Shown: positions 38,301 through 53,300 of the stretch, piece after piece | Layout: each line of letters begins with the position of its first letter | Numbering within the stretch: the stretch's first letter is position 1 | Assembly: GCA_950097015.1 (NCBI GenBank) | Contig: CATNEN010000029.1 | Span: 3,596,001 to 3,660,000 of the forward strand | Source of the DNA: Macrostomum hystrix | Taxonomy: Eukaryota > Animalia > Platyhelminthes | Direction of reading: 5' to 3' | DNA length: 64,000 nucleotides | Made by a program: the position numbers and the translations under genes | Notes under the pieces: model-generated | Database searches by the model: none | Told to the model about the DNA's origin: nothing | What the model saw: only the letters and a program-made list of their open reading frames with translations

Positions 38301-41300
38301 AAGTTTGAGAACAGTGACTCTGTGCCGCGGTCTGAGTCGCAGCCACTGTAATGATGCGAACACAAACATCAAAGTGAGGTGTAAATCCATCGGGACACTC
38401 GTTGGTCATCTTGCCAAGCAGACTGAACTCATCCGGTGATAGACTGCCATTGACTATGTGAAAAGTCAGTTTTAGCGGCTGCAGAACTTGTGGGAAGTAA
38501 AGACTTTGATTCGCAGATTTAACAGTAAACTGCAATCGATGGGAAAAATGGAGGGACACTGAAAATGCTAGAAATATATACAAGGGTAAACTTATTCAAA
38601 CATTTGCAAAACATTCTAGAAAGCGCACCATCCAAGTGGTGTTGTACACCTTGAAGACCTCATCCTCTCCAGCCAGCTCCTCAAAGCTCAAATAAAACCT
38701 AAGAAGATCTGTTGTCTTTCTATTGAACTGCATGAAGTTCAGATGATAAATATACTTAAATGACACTCGCAGTGTTGATCCATCGACCATCGTCTTATTC
38801 ATATATTCTTCCGGAATCATGGTGCTGTCTGGAAGTGGAAGTAGAAGTGCAGTGGTTGTCAATGTCAAAATGAAATATTGAAATGGAATTTCTTCTTACT
38901 TGTGTCGTTAGGGAAGCCAAGGAAATCGAATTTAATGGCGGTCCGTCCTATCGATGACTGTGTGTCAACCCGCACGATTTGGGCTTGAAAAGGGTTGGTG
39001 AAAACCTCTCTTCTGCGCTCAATCTCGTCGCGTGGGCCATCAAAATTCACCTGCAGGTTTTATTTTTTGGAGCATGAAAATCTATGGCAGAAAATAAGTA
39101 AACACAGCTATTGTAGCATAATATTCGTGCGTCATTTAAAAATGCCTAAAAACTAAGCAAAGCATTTTGCTGTTCCAGGCATCAAATATGTTCACTTAAA
39201 ATTTAAATTTCGGCTTGATAAACAAACGCAAGCAATTAAATTTGAAGCATGCATTTTTTCTTCAGTATTTAATTTGTCTAAATAGAACAAGCTGTGTTTA
39301 AAAAATCAGAAAACAAAACATGGCATTAAATAACAATGCTTACAATGTTGTTATTCTCCAAGTCCCTGTAATAGTTCAGCATGTCCTGTCGCTTCTCGTA
39401 GGCGTACAAGATACGCAATGACGTGAAGCGGCCATAGTACGGGTAGTACATGGACGAGCCCTGTACGATAAAGCCTGTGATGGTGTAGACGCAAGGGAAG
39501 TACACATCAAAGTAGCCGTTTCCGTACAGGTACAAGGCAAAGGTGAACGCCTCATCCCCAGCGAACTCCAGCGGGAGTGAGTACACATCACCGGTCAGCG
39601 CGGTGTACGGATAAACGCGACTGGCGTGCACGGCGGTGGCTGGGAACCGGGAGCCCAGGCCTGTGCGGACGAACACGAGCTCAGAGAGCTGGTCACCAGG
39701 GCTGCCTGTGGGTTGAATATATTTGATTGCAAAAGCGTTACCCCATGTCGTACATATATATGTGCCTCTTTCGTTAATTATCATAAAAACTGCATTACGG
39801 GTCTGTCATGTAAAGAGTTCCATCAATTATATACTCGATTAGAAATGTCGCTCTTTTGCTTTTTTATGTACCGTATAACAAAATATTTGTTCGTGATTAC
39901 AAACTCGTGTAGAACTTCTTAGGAACGAGTGTAATATTTTAATTATGTAGTTTATGCGCAATCGAAAGTCTTTTGAGCTATTGCTTCAAAAAGCATAAAT
40001 AAAAATTTATATGATTATGAACTACGCATAAGCTGCAAGTCGGTATGAATTTTATTAATGATAATGAAAAACTAATAATAAGAGTGCAAGACACGAAACT
40101 GAGTTCAAAATACTCACCAAGTGGGTAGCCGTATACCTCAATCTCGCAGATAGTGTAGTAGATATAACTGCCTGAGTAACTAGCAACACCGACGTATCGC
40201 GCTGACTGTAAAAATGTATTTAAGCAAGTACTAGGCCATCCGATAATTTGATTGGAAACTTCAAGTATAACTATGGATTAATGAAGATGGCTGCAAAGGA
40301 CAAAAATAGCAAACGAATGACTGACGACTTACTCGAGCAATATTTACGAGCCAGGGCTGTGGCACAACCTCGTTTCCAACAGAGCCAACTACAGTTCCGG
40401 AGCTCCCAACAAACGTTGAGTTCGAAATGTACATTCTTGTGAACTTGTTTACTTCGCTAGTCACAACACCTGTATATTTCGATACTTCATGTATTGAACG
40501 GTTTACTATTCGATTTCTCATCACCGAGAAAAAATATCTGATCACTTACCGCTGTCATCGTCTGTCTGTGCCCAGACATATACTTTATCGATGTATCTTG
40601 GAAAAACTAGGTCGATGGCGATATATGGGTTCACGTGGTAGTGTCTCCAGCAACCCGAGCTGAAGCTTGGAGACCGGTTCTGGTCAATGACACCTCTTTC
40701 GCTGTATGAAGTCACACCCGAGCTGCGGACAGCTTGGTAGTTTGATATTATCACGGACTGCTGAAACTGCAAGCTGTGCTTCGCTGAAAATTGAATGCAA
40801 AAGAGTGTCGCATATTAGTTGCCATATGGTGATTCATAGACTAATATTTCTGTCCATTGCCAATTCTCTGATAATAATTGATTAACTTAAGACTCAATCT
40901 TTCAGATGGATGCAGATGAATCATGTTAATCTGCTTAATTTCATAAGTGGAGAGTGGCATAGCTACTCTGAGTTAGTGTACGCGGCGGAGGAGGGCAGCC
41001 CGTTTATCGATTGGCTGCTATCTCTCTCTCTCTTGGGTGAGCGCTTGTGCCCCTACCCCCAGCCCTTGTGATTGTAATGCCCTGCGCGGGGTGCCTCTCT
41101 CGCCCTCGTGTGCTCATTTTTTGCCAGACCATAAACCGAAACAGTGAAAATACTGAGAGGTGGACGGCCGAGAGAGCTGCACGGCACGCGAGTTAAGGCG
41201 ACTGCTTGATCAACAAGGTCTGTCGAAAGCCGGAAAAAGGCGATCTTGCTGGAACGCCTTCGATTGGCTCGTCGCTACGACAACAGCAAGACGCGTGCAA

Positions 41301-44300
41301 CAACAACCAACGGAGGAGCAGAGAGCGGCCCAATGTGGTCGCGAGGCAGCGTCGGACGTCCAGACGATAATCGGAGCCGCAGAGAGGCGCATCCGACTGC
41401 TGGAACTCAAGCGAAAGAGCGGCAACTCAGATGAGAGGCCCAAGCAGCGGATGACCTCGAACCTCGCTGCTTGCGGTGCCCGAAAGCAATGAGAACTTCG
41501 GTGAGTTTCTGAGTGCAGTCTGCAATGATGTTACCCCGGGTCCAATTCCAAAGTCCCGAGTAGACGGAATTAAACAACAGAAGCACAGGGGGGCTTTGTT
41601 CCCCCGTTTGCTCGTTTGTTCTTCTTGCTCGCCATTGCCTCGCATTCGCCTTCCTTCCTCGGCGCTGCTCACTAAGTATATTGAGCTGTAATAATGAAAC
41701 TTTTTATTTCCTGATTTTATCTCAGGTGTCGTTTGATCAGTTTTGTCAGTAGTCGATTATTTATGTTAAAATTCACGGTGACCTAACCGAACTCACACTT
41801 CTTGCAGCCATAGAGCATCCAGCGAATCTCAGCCCTGTTGTTGAAGCTATATGCGTAGACTCGGTATGTAACAGCGTGAATTTCTGGCACGAGTCTGTAG
41901 CTGGATACCATGTCACCATTGGTGTACGAGCCAGGGATGTACTGAAATGAATTTGAATGCTTCCTTAGTTAAAACTACCGTCGTGTACAAATATATGGAC
42001 TAGTGAAAACGCCCAGACAACTCACGTGGGTGTATGCAGTGTACGCGAATCTGTCTGAGCTGTAGGTCAGCTGTACATGGTGCATATATGCCACGCATGC
42101 GGGACAGTTGTCGAATCGACTGCTGCCTGCCTGAATGCTGATCACGTACACAGTGACGAAGTCGTCAAACCAGGCCTAAACAAAATAGATTACAAAGTTT
42201 TTAACCTCAACATCAGGCTTTAAATCGTTCTCACTATTTGGTAACAAAACGCTGGGCATTGCTGACCCAACGGCGCAAGTCAGCCGTAACTTACCTGGAT
42301 GTAATCCTGATAACCCGTATTTCCGCTGATTCCAGATACAGTTGGTGGACTCCAAAACCCCAGGTAGCGCGTGCCTTAAAGTAAGACAGAGATTTATCAT
42401 TCGTCTTTCACTACATTCTTTGTAAGTTTTTCTATGTATATTTATCTTGGCACCCTTGGGCAGCGTAATCGATATAACTCACTGGGCATGTCATACATCA
42501 CTCGTGGTCCTGTGTGCATGCTCTCAGAAACCAACGCGAGATATGACACTGAGGTGAAGTTGATTGAGTCGCTGGCCATGACCACTCCATAGCCAATGTC
42601 CTGTCCGTTGCACGCGAAGAAGACGGAGCAGTTGTGGGAGTCGCATTCACTCCAGGTGACGGTGAGAGGCAGGTATTCCTCTGTGTCAGCAGCCACTGGT
42701 TTCAGCTGTCTCAGGCTGATGCTGCCTACAGCTCTCAGGTTGGATCCGTAGAAGTCGCCCTGGCGAATGGCAGCAGCTGCGAGCCACAGCGCTGTCCCGT
42801 TGGCGTTGAGATTGAACTCGTAGCGTTTCTGTTTTTCGAGGAAAGCAATTCCGAGCATGAAGAAATCCAGTTGGCATGTACGCATTGAATAAAATAAATA
42901 AAAGAAATAGTCTCACTTGTCTCATTATATCTGACTCGGTATAGTAAGCAGAAAACAGAAGCTGCAGTCCTGCGCTGTTCAGTCGAACATAGAACGTGAG
43001 GTTTCCTGTCTGGATGGCAGTCGCAACCAGAGACTTTGGCAGTCGATAGATCTTAGCTAGATCAGCCTCTGTGCCCATCTCTTTCACTGGAACGAATTAT
43101 TTAGATGGACATAAGGCGCGTGAAAACTATTTTCAACAATTCATAGTTCTTTTCGCAGCTACCTTCATCTCCCATGACATTGATATAGTTGATGTCCATT
43201 CGTGCACCTCCAACGTTATTGACTGGGCTCACAAGCACCAAATATCGAGCTGTCTGAGGCGTGTTACAGGTTATGAAGGTCGTTGCAGAAGAAAGTGCTT
43301 CCGCAAAGTTCCAGTTGTAGCAAGTGTCCCAGCTCTCAAAAGCCAAGTCTCCGAGGCTTCGGTTCCATGAATTGCTGGTTCTGAAGCTCACATTATAAAG
43401 ATTTCTCACTAAAAAAGCAAATTTAACGGAAATTCGGGTTACAGATGCGTGTGTCAGCCAAATTCAAGCCGAAATAAAAAATAAATACTCACGTGGATCA
43501 ACGCGCATTGAATAAAATCGATATTGAAGCTTGAGATCAAGGAGCAGCCACCAGTTGTTCGGTGGTGTGGCCACAGATACGGCGCCCGTGTTCACATAGA
43601 ATCCATGATTAGTGTTCATGCTGTATGCCTGCTTAATGCCGACGAAGTACAGCACCTTGTCTGTCAGAATGTTCCCGATGAAGTTGTTGCCCGCCGGCGG
43701 GTGGTAGTATTGGCCTGAAGGAAAATCACGAGATAGAAAGAATCACAGAGGATAAAACAATCAGTGTGAATTGCGTCCACCCTCTTAATGAAGTAGGAAT
43801 CAGTATCTTACTGCAGTAGGCCTTCTGTAGGTCAAAGCAATCCCTCTGATAGCCTCCTTGATCGTAGCAGGTTGAGTAGCGGCCAGTTGTATCTGTTAAA
43901 CAGGGTCCGACTTCGAGGTTCAAATACATTGAATTGCTACATGCAAGGATAGAAAGCACTGAAACTCGTGTCAAGTAAAGCTCACATTCGAGGCACGAGT
44001 TGTTGTAGTCCTTGTAGGTGCTTAAATACGTGGCCCAGTTGGCACATGCATATCCCTGCTCAGTGACTGACCATGGGCTGTCATAGAACTGATAGTCAGC
44101 TCTGCTCAGTGCACACTGTACATGGTCTGAAAGCGGTGTAATCACGCCGTTCTATTAGCTCGGATTGCATCATGGCACTGCATATGTAATGATATTGACT
44201 TATTTCACATGTCAGAGTCAAAAACATAAGCTGAGCTTAAAAATCTACATTTTTCACCGCCTAAAGCGTTTTGACCCCGGCGAGACACAAACCAGAGAAG

Positions 44301-47300
44301 AAGCTAAGAAACGAGAGGCAGAAACTAATCACACGAACCAAAGAAAGGTGTGAAAAATATGGCCCGCCTGTTTCATCGCCAGAACAGCTTCAGAATGAAA
44401 CTATCCCACATTTAAGATTGCGAAAAAGGGAGGCACTCAAACAATCAAGGCTGAGAACGACGGCACGATGCCAAGGACGAGAGCTGAATAAATGCGTTTG
44501 TAAGATCATCATAATAAAGTCATAACTGAAGTAAAAAATATCATTCATCACATGCGAACGAATGTGACAAATTCAGAAGTTTTTTTCGGTGCTGACCTGC
44601 CGTTTTAACACAAATGCTATGTAAATTAGCGGACGGTAATCCAAAATGACATGATCTGTACTCCACCCTACACATCTGACGAATAGCTTGATATGAATAA
44701 AAATATTACTGCTTTTATATTTTTAAGCAATAAATTAGTATTCTAACATTCTAAATGACCTCAATTGAGTGTTGCTTACTCTTATATAATGAATTTAGTA
44801 CAGGTTAAAGAAAAATCACTAGCAGTAAAAAGCGAGAGCATTTGTTACATTAAATATGTTGGTGTTTTCTGACCTTCTCTTGACATCACAGAGCCCAGAA
44901 ATGCCCTTTCAGGACCTCTTCTCGAGTTAGAAGTGGACGCATTGATGAAAACTCCTAATACGCCTTGTTCTGGGTACAGCAGTGGCTCGAGGCAACCTGA
45001 ATTAAGAAAATTAGTTTCAAGTTCAAACCATAGTTACATTTATAAGATGTCATTCTCAGATACCTCTGAGAGCTCTTACCATTGTCGACCTGAGTTCTCT
45101 GGAACACAGAATACTTAGTTGTCCCGCTTTGAACGCTCTCGGTACCGATCGAAATAGCAAAATTGTTAACATTTGCGGCATTCCAAACGTCATAAAGTGC
45201 AGGAATATATTTGAAAGAGTCATCCAATGCCCACAGGCTGAGCAGCTCATGCATGGGTCCCTGGGTGTATTGTAGGTTATCGTCTTCTGACCCGACTCCA
45301 TTGATATAGAATGTATTAATCACGACAGTCTGCGGACGATCGGCCCCTGAAATGACACGTGGCTAATAAAAAAATCCTAGGGTGGGGATATTGACTCAAA
45401 CAATAGTTGATAGAGTTGTGGTGGCTAGACCAGGACGCAGCCCGCTAGCGCCAGTATGGGTCCACTGACAGCAACCGGGCCCTGTCAGTACTTGTTAGAC
45501 TGCCCCTTTTGTACGACCTACGATAGACAGAAAAGAAGCTTTTACTTCTTGTCATCCCTATCTCATCGCCCAGACCCCATTATATCTAAACTAGGATACT
45601 GGACCCGGAATACAGCGAAGTAGGTGTTGCAACAAAATGAGTAGTGTTGTGATGCGAAACTGTTCTCTAAACTCAAAGACTAAGTCAATTAAAATTAACA
45701 TGGAAAACTTTCAATGTGATTTCTTAGAACACGGTAGACAGAGGGTGCGAAATTCTGAAAATCTCAGCCATTTCTACTACAGTTTTAAGAGAGGTTTCTG
45801 CCGTGAAGAATATCTAATAAGTGTTTCAAACCCGGATCACAGGTGCATACTGTCAAATTTTTGTCGAGGAAATCATAGAGAAATACAGAGTAGCAGCTTA
45901 AAATTTTCTTTGGGTTTTTTACTTACAAATTTTCTTAGGAATTTGACACAGTGGGAAAAGTGACTCGGTGCAGTCGCTCTTGTACAGCCCATTATAGTCT
46001 GTTGACAGGTACGCGCACGGGCTGCTCTGGGGCTGGCCCATGTAGAATGCTCCCTGCTCAATCTCGTCTCCATCCAGCCAGAACCAGCGGCCAGTTGAGG
46101 CATTTCTGTACGCACCAACGTGGAACTGCATGTTTCTGGAACAGTCATCGAAAATAGGCCAATCGGAGAATTACGCTCGTATGAAAAACTCTTCGCTGTC
46201 CAAATCGATTTGTGTTGTTTATAACTATACTCTTTATTGTTTAGTATACATATAATAATGCAAGATTCACGTTGCGTACTTCTCTTTTTGAAAAAAATGC
46301 TGCACAGGAATGTTGTGATAAAAAAGACAAATTTATTTTAAAAAATCCAAGTTTTTTTTCCGAAGTTCTCGGTACTATGAAACGAATGGTCACTTAGTAA
46401 GTTGCCACAATGTCCAACAAGAAACAGTTTTAGAAGGCGAGCTCTTTCTTCTGACCTACCTCATGTGGCCGAAGTTGCGCAACACGGCAGTCTTGGGCAT
46501 GAACAGCGTGCCGTTGCGACCGTTCCAGTTGCGGCTCTGGCAGTACTGCAGCGAGGTGTTCCAGTCCAGGGCGGATGGAACGATCCTCAGGCAGATGTTG
46601 TAGAGCGGGCGCCATCCCCCGGGACACTCGTCTAAAAGCAACCAGAAATTAAATCATATTATTAATTTCTAGAGGGCTGCAGACATTGGCCCACCATTTG
46701 GTGAAGTTGACCCGCAGCCAGCGAGGAGGCTATTCTGCCCATTTCGCTGACTCCTGAGCACACACGCCTACTTTCGCATCTTCAGATAGTGTACACTCCT
46801 TAGAAGTGTCCTCACTATGCCTCTCTCCGCAGCTGAGCCCTAAATGAATGTGGCGTCGCCGCGTAATCGAGCTCAGGGACCTTAGTGCGAGAGTCAAACG
46901 CGTTCACCGCTCTGCCACTCACTCCCTCATTTCAGCGCTAAGAATCAGTCAGCTTGCTTATACTTCATGTAATAAATACTGTAACGAATAATATATATAA
47001 TAGTTAAATATTTAATGTGTTGCTCAACGAATCCATACCATTGTTCTGAATGCCGCGCAAATTTACGACATCCGCTGTGTTTATTGTGGCATTAGCTCCA
47101 AAGTGAAGCTCAACGGAAGTCGGCATTATAATTACCGGCATCAGGAAGTCTTCAGCTGAGTTGTAACTGGAGAACTGCAGAACAAGTGTTATGATTTGGA
47201 TTTTTTAAATGAAAATGTAGTTTTAGAGACCGAGATTCTAGTTCTAAAAGATTTCTAAGAGCTGGTCTCAATACTGCGTTCACCATGCAATAACATTTAA

Positions 47301-50300
47301 GAATTGGTGTCTACTAGTAAAATGTAAAATGTACATTATTATGGGATGCTTTTGTGCAGACAGAAAGACGAGATGAACTTACGTTGTACAATTGATCGTA
47401 CCAGGGTGTCCGCAACTGCCTGTTCGTTCCGTTTTCGGTGACCCGGTAAGTCATGTAGAAGCCATCAGTCGGGTTCAAGTTGGCGACTCTGATGGATGTC
47501 AAGTAGAAGATTTCCCTGAATGCAACGCGTATTATCTGCTCTTCATCAGTTGTCAGCTTCTCGATTGTGTATCTGCTTGACGAAATTATGCTGCGCACTG
47601 AAAGTTTTCATTTTTATTGAAGTAAGTGTTTATTTTCAAAGTCGTCATGGCTGTAAGAGCAGAAGACTGCCTGTAAAATCTTACATGTTGCAGTTGGATA
47701 TCCTAGGATTTCAACCTTCCAACTCAAGGCCCAACTGTTGGCGGTCATGACTATTTCGAGCAGCTGGGAATTGATTGGACTCGGAAGAAAGTTGATGGAT
47801 GGCACCGTGTTCGTCAAGCGAACTGCTTGGAAAATTATCTGAAAAAGCACAACGCAATTCCTACATGTTATGGTAAAAAGCCATCGCTAAGCAGTTTCAG
47901 GTGTAAGTCAATCAATTACGTTATTGTTTGCTTGGTCGTTAAGGTCTTGCATCCTTCTGAAGTCATTGTATAAAGAATAGCGCAGTCTGTAACTGTTCAC
48001 GTTTCCTCGAAGGCCCGTTGAGCGCTTGCCGCTGCCCTGAACAATCGTGCCGGTGACGGTCATGTTAATCGGGAAGTAGAATCTGACGTACGATGTGGTG
48101 GTGCCGAGTGTCTGAAAACGAAGAGCGCTCTCCACGAACGGAGTCTCGACCGCCGAGAGGGGCAGAGAGAAGAGGCCGCCCAGATTCTGTGAGGCCCCGG
48201 CTACCATCCACTCGAAGTGGACGTACTCACCCAGGCCCATCGGCACCTGGGCCAGGATATTTAGCTGCGGGTCCGCTGAAGAAAATAAATTTTAAGGAAT
48301 GGTTCTGTGAAAACTCAAACATCAACTTACATGTAATCCACGGATCAGAGAACGAAAGACGAAGAGAAAGAGTTTAATATTCTCTCACAGTGCTGGGTCC
48401 CAAACACTTCGATTTCAGCGATGCTCAGGTATTCAGAAACTCCGTCGTCTTTGCGAACTGTCAGATACCTCGCCGTCTGAAGGCAATCGGGTGAAATTTA
48501 TTAAGTTGCTAGATTTTACAGAAATACTTATCTTCTGTCTGCAATCAATTTACTTACTTTAGCGCATGGAAACATCAGGTAGTCAATGTTTTTCTGATCA
48601 TGTGGCTTTTGATAAGTGTTGCCCTGCTGGTAGCACAGGTCAGCAGCAGCAAATGTCGGGGTACCGCTCATAGTAGTCATTTGGGCAAAGTAGCCAGTAT
48701 TTCTGATTGTATAAATGTCTGAAATCGGTCCAAAGTTCAGAATAAGAATCTGTTCTCGGAAAAATTGTATTTTTATGCCTTTGGATTTGGACTTTTTTTC
48801 GTGCTTTCTACCGTGAAAAATCAAATATTTCACTTCAAATAACGAAAAGGCTTGATCATCTTATACAACTCACTTCACATTGCGCGCTACCCTTATTCCT
48901 GCCTTTCTCAATTCGTCATGTAAAAAAACTAAAAAATCTGAGCCTTGCAATTCAAGCTCATTAGGAGCGATTATATGAACTCGTATAATCTTAATCTACT
49001 ATTTTTAACCACCCTCTCGCTCTCCCTACTTTCTACAACAAATCAAGTCCATTGACTCGAACAAAAATTCGGCTAAGCGTAATAAAAAAGTGTTTTTCTC
49101 AAATATCAGGTAATTAGTTTTTTTTACTTTTATATCGCATATTCTGAAAAATATTCTAGAATTTGTGTTCGAAATAGAAATAAATTGTAATGCTCTTACG
49201 CTCATCCCCAGCGTTTCGTGTGTAGACAACAACATAAGAGAAGTTCCTGGGAACCATCATGTCCACATAGGCCCACCTCAGTAAACTTGTTGATGAGACG
49301 ATGAATAATGAATAGGTGTTGCCGTAGGTGTTCGTCAAACCATCCGTAGCCCGGTAACCCGGGTAGGTGCTGCTGTACAGAGAGGAGAGCTGCACCGGCT
49401 GGTATCGGGAGATCAGCCAGGGGAAAGTGGGACCGCCGTTGATGTCTGAAAAAGATTGGAAAATGGTATACTTAAGCTTTCTATTCTAATGCTCATATAT
49501 CATACGAGCGTATGATGGAGTAAAGCAGCAAATATTTAAAAGCCATCAGATGATCAATTACAACATGGAATTATTTTTTGTCACTTGAACAACTAAATAT
49601 TGCAAAAAAACTTTGCCGTGAAGTTTTTGACTCTTATTGATCTTCTTTATGAATTAAATGAAATGGAATAAACTTGGATACAGAATAACAAAAATACTTT
49701 TGTTATTAAATACTAAATACTAAACTCAAGCATTTTAACAGGAATAAGTGTTCATTGCTGTTTATTAGTGTTCATAATATTTCATGATGAAGCAGAGTTT
49801 TATCAACAAATTACCCTCAGCAATTTTTCCATAGAGCATAAATTTCAGCTGAAAGTTGTAGTTGTATGAGTACTCCACGTGCCGCATTCCAAGCAGCAGC
49901 TTTGGTGGCTTCATTGAGATAAAATTGGAGTACCGATTACTGACGCTAACGAACATTGCAGTATGATATCCGTTAGTGCTTAAGTCCAGTGGCTGCCAGG
50001 TGATGAGATCGGCAGACCACAGTCTGTCAGTATAAACTGCTCCCATGTTAATGTCAGCTGAATCGGAACCCCTGCTGTAGCCGGCATAATAAATCCAGAC
50101 CAATGAAGAAAACGCGACCTGCAGAATTGCATTCGTTCATCTGTATGTGGCGGTCAGAGAGAGAGGAAAAATATGAGAACTGCCTACCTGATGCCAGTCC
50201 TGATTGTCTCCGTAGAAGAAAGTAGGCTGCCAAAATCCAGCGTTGATAGAATCTGGAAATTAATCATTTTCATTTAATTTTTACTGACCTGAGGTGACAA

Positions 50301-53300
50301 TGCAAGAGATCGAATCACAGGCACTCACTCGGAACGCCTGGGAACTGTACCACCACACCGTTGTACTCGGTGTCGCCCGGCTTCTTGGAGAATCCGGCAG
50401 ACTTTATCGTGAAATTCACGGATTTGTTTGGGTCCGAAAACACGCCGACCAGAGTCGAATCGATGTAGACCTCGATAGTCAGATTCTCATCAGCAGTGCT
50501 GTTGTACTGAAACCTGAATGACAAATCGTGGAAGTCGAATACGTTCTGCCTTCCCATCTGAGCGAGGGTGTTCGTCTTGTTGAGATAGAAAACTGCATTC
50601 AGAGGAATCTCGCTAGAGCTGATGGCCTTGTTCAGCACCCAGCCATTTGAGATCCACAGAACATTCGCCGCAGAGTCACCGGTCAGCCGAAACCGGATGC
50701 GCTGTAAGAACAATATTTAACAAAGGTATTTTATTACGGCAAATTCGATTCAGATTAGAAAAGCTGCTGCAAATACCTGATCGAGCATTGTCCTGTACGC
50801 AGTCCCAGCTGTGAGGAAGAAGTCAGCGTGCGTGTCGCGTATCAGTGTGGAGAAAGTGACGTTTCTGTTTAACTGCAAGTCACTCTCCATTGACTTTGGA
50901 ATCTGATTGATGAATGAGCTTCCCGGGATGAAGTTCACATCGTACACTGTAGATTTTCAATGAAAGCGATTTCATTTCAAGCCATTTATTTGATAAAAGG
51001 CAATGAAATAATTAAAAATAACTGCTGAAAATATTAGTGAAATAAAAAAATGAATGCTTACAGTGGTCCCCGTAAATTTTCACATGATCAACAGTGTGAA
51101 AGCCACAGCTTTTCCTTCTCGTTAGGACCACATATCTGCTGATTGTCCCTGGTGGGCAGTAGAAAAACAGATGCGAATCGCTTGGGTCAGCCCTCTCTTG
51201 CACTCCACAAGATGTCCAACCATCAAAGGCCGCCTCATCTAAACTCGAGTTCCATGTATTGGAGACTCCGGTCCAGATGCATTTCATTTGACTCGCTGCA
51301 ACACGAAAAATATTTTGGCCTCCATAACTGCTACTTAGTTATAAGAGATTTACTTGCGCATATTGAAACAATAATACTTACCTGTCGCTGTAAAAGGAAT
51401 AATTAAGGTAACTAACGTCGGAGTCTTAAGGTCGATCAGGAGGTAGTAGATGTTTTCAGCAGTCACAGTGGACTGGTATGTGCTTGTCGAGACAGCACTG
51501 AAGCCACTGTACACGAATGTATATGGTATCTTAACCTTCTTGTTCATAAAAAACTCCGCGAACATGCTCTGCATTCCTCTGCCACTGTAAAAGTCCATGT
51601 CGGCGTAAGTTCGCGTCGCTAAAATGCAAAACAGATTATTATTGCACTTAAAGTACAAGCCCAAGCATTTAATATTAGATTTTCCGGCATAGATAACTTT
51701 CGACTTACAGCAGTCTGGAACCTCGCAAGCTATCCTGCTCACTGCACTGTTTACACAGGTAATTGACGTGCCCGCTGAAGTGTCATGTTAGAAAAACAGT
51801 TCATGTTGTGTTATGATTTTATGGTCGTGAATTTCAAAATTTGAAAGAAGCCGATATGCATAGAATGTCATCTTACATGTTCGACATTTGCTTGTCGTTG
51901 CGGGCCAGGCACTGTATGGGATGCAAGCCTCACCGTTCTGATTCACGTCTAGATCACCATAGTACTCACGGTACCACTTGCAGACTCTGTGGCCTGCGAA
52001 GTTAAGGAAACACTTTTGTGTCTTGATCTCTACTTTCGTAAAGTACCAGTAGTATATTTCAGTGATATAAAAATTACTCACTTCCAGTCCGAAATATATT
52101 GTTGATAAGAACATACTCTGGTCTTGCATAGTTCACGAATGTCGAAGCACTGAAGCTGACATTCAATTTTCCAGGAATTCCAAATAGTAGCGGAATGCGC
52201 TCGTCCTCTTCTGTGGAAGTTAAAAAAATTTTTTTTCTGAGAATGCATTTACTGTTCAGTACAAACACGATTCGTGTCCCTCTCAACACGCGTCTTATAT
52301 GTATTTAACTAATCTTTCGTTAAGAAAACGTCAATTTTATCGGCTAGAGGTTTAGTACGAGCGCAATTTGCTGAATTGTTCAATTGCTTCATTCGTCTCT
52401 TTAACTATAGTAATTAATAGGTTATTTGGCATCTGATCCTATGTCATCGACAAAGTATCACTTGCCAAGTATTTTTCCAATACGAGCTCATACTCGCACT
52501 TTCTTACCATTTACCTATAGTTATAAGGCTACAACAGGTAGATATCGATAGTCAGTGCGCTACATGTAGTTAGATATTGCAAAAAATCAATAAGTGTGAC
52601 AGTTCATTTAACGCGAATCGTAGGCTAAGATAATTGGATAGTGTAGGTTTTCACTTCAAGCAAACCAAAGTTAACTAAAAATCTAACCATTAAAAATGCA
52701 TTCACTCGGTAGTGTTATTGCTTACTCATACAGACGTATTCTAAAGATCGCCAAGAACCCCCATAGGAGGTGAAAGGAAAAGCTGAGCCGCTAGTTCTCC
52801 AGTAGTAGTAGTAATCCCGGGTTATTGAGTCGCATCCGTCGATCTGAAAGTGGTTTTATGATATTTTATTTGAAGGAAGGGTGAACAAATCATTTGTTGC
52901 GAAACATCCTCACTGATTCCATATAACCAAAATATTCAGTTATTGAATTACCTGGCTATTTTCTATTCACTTTGTTTGGTTAAAACTCAAGCTAAATACG
53001 TATAAAACGCAGCTTAGCTTAAATACGCATTGACTAATATATATTTTCGGAGCCAAATAGCCAGTAATAGCGTTAATTATTAAGTTTCTTGGCGAAACGA
53101 TAAATTTGGAAACTTACACCACAATATGTCAATCCATACACATCACTGTAGCTGTTCTGGTTCTGCAGAGGAAAGAAATAATAGAGTGTGAAGTAGGTGT
53201 TGACGCCTGTTGACTGTAGACTGCGATCGTCATCTCCCGGAATATCGATGTTTATCGAAGTTGTCAGAAATGATGGCGAACAGTAGCCTGCAAACGTTCA

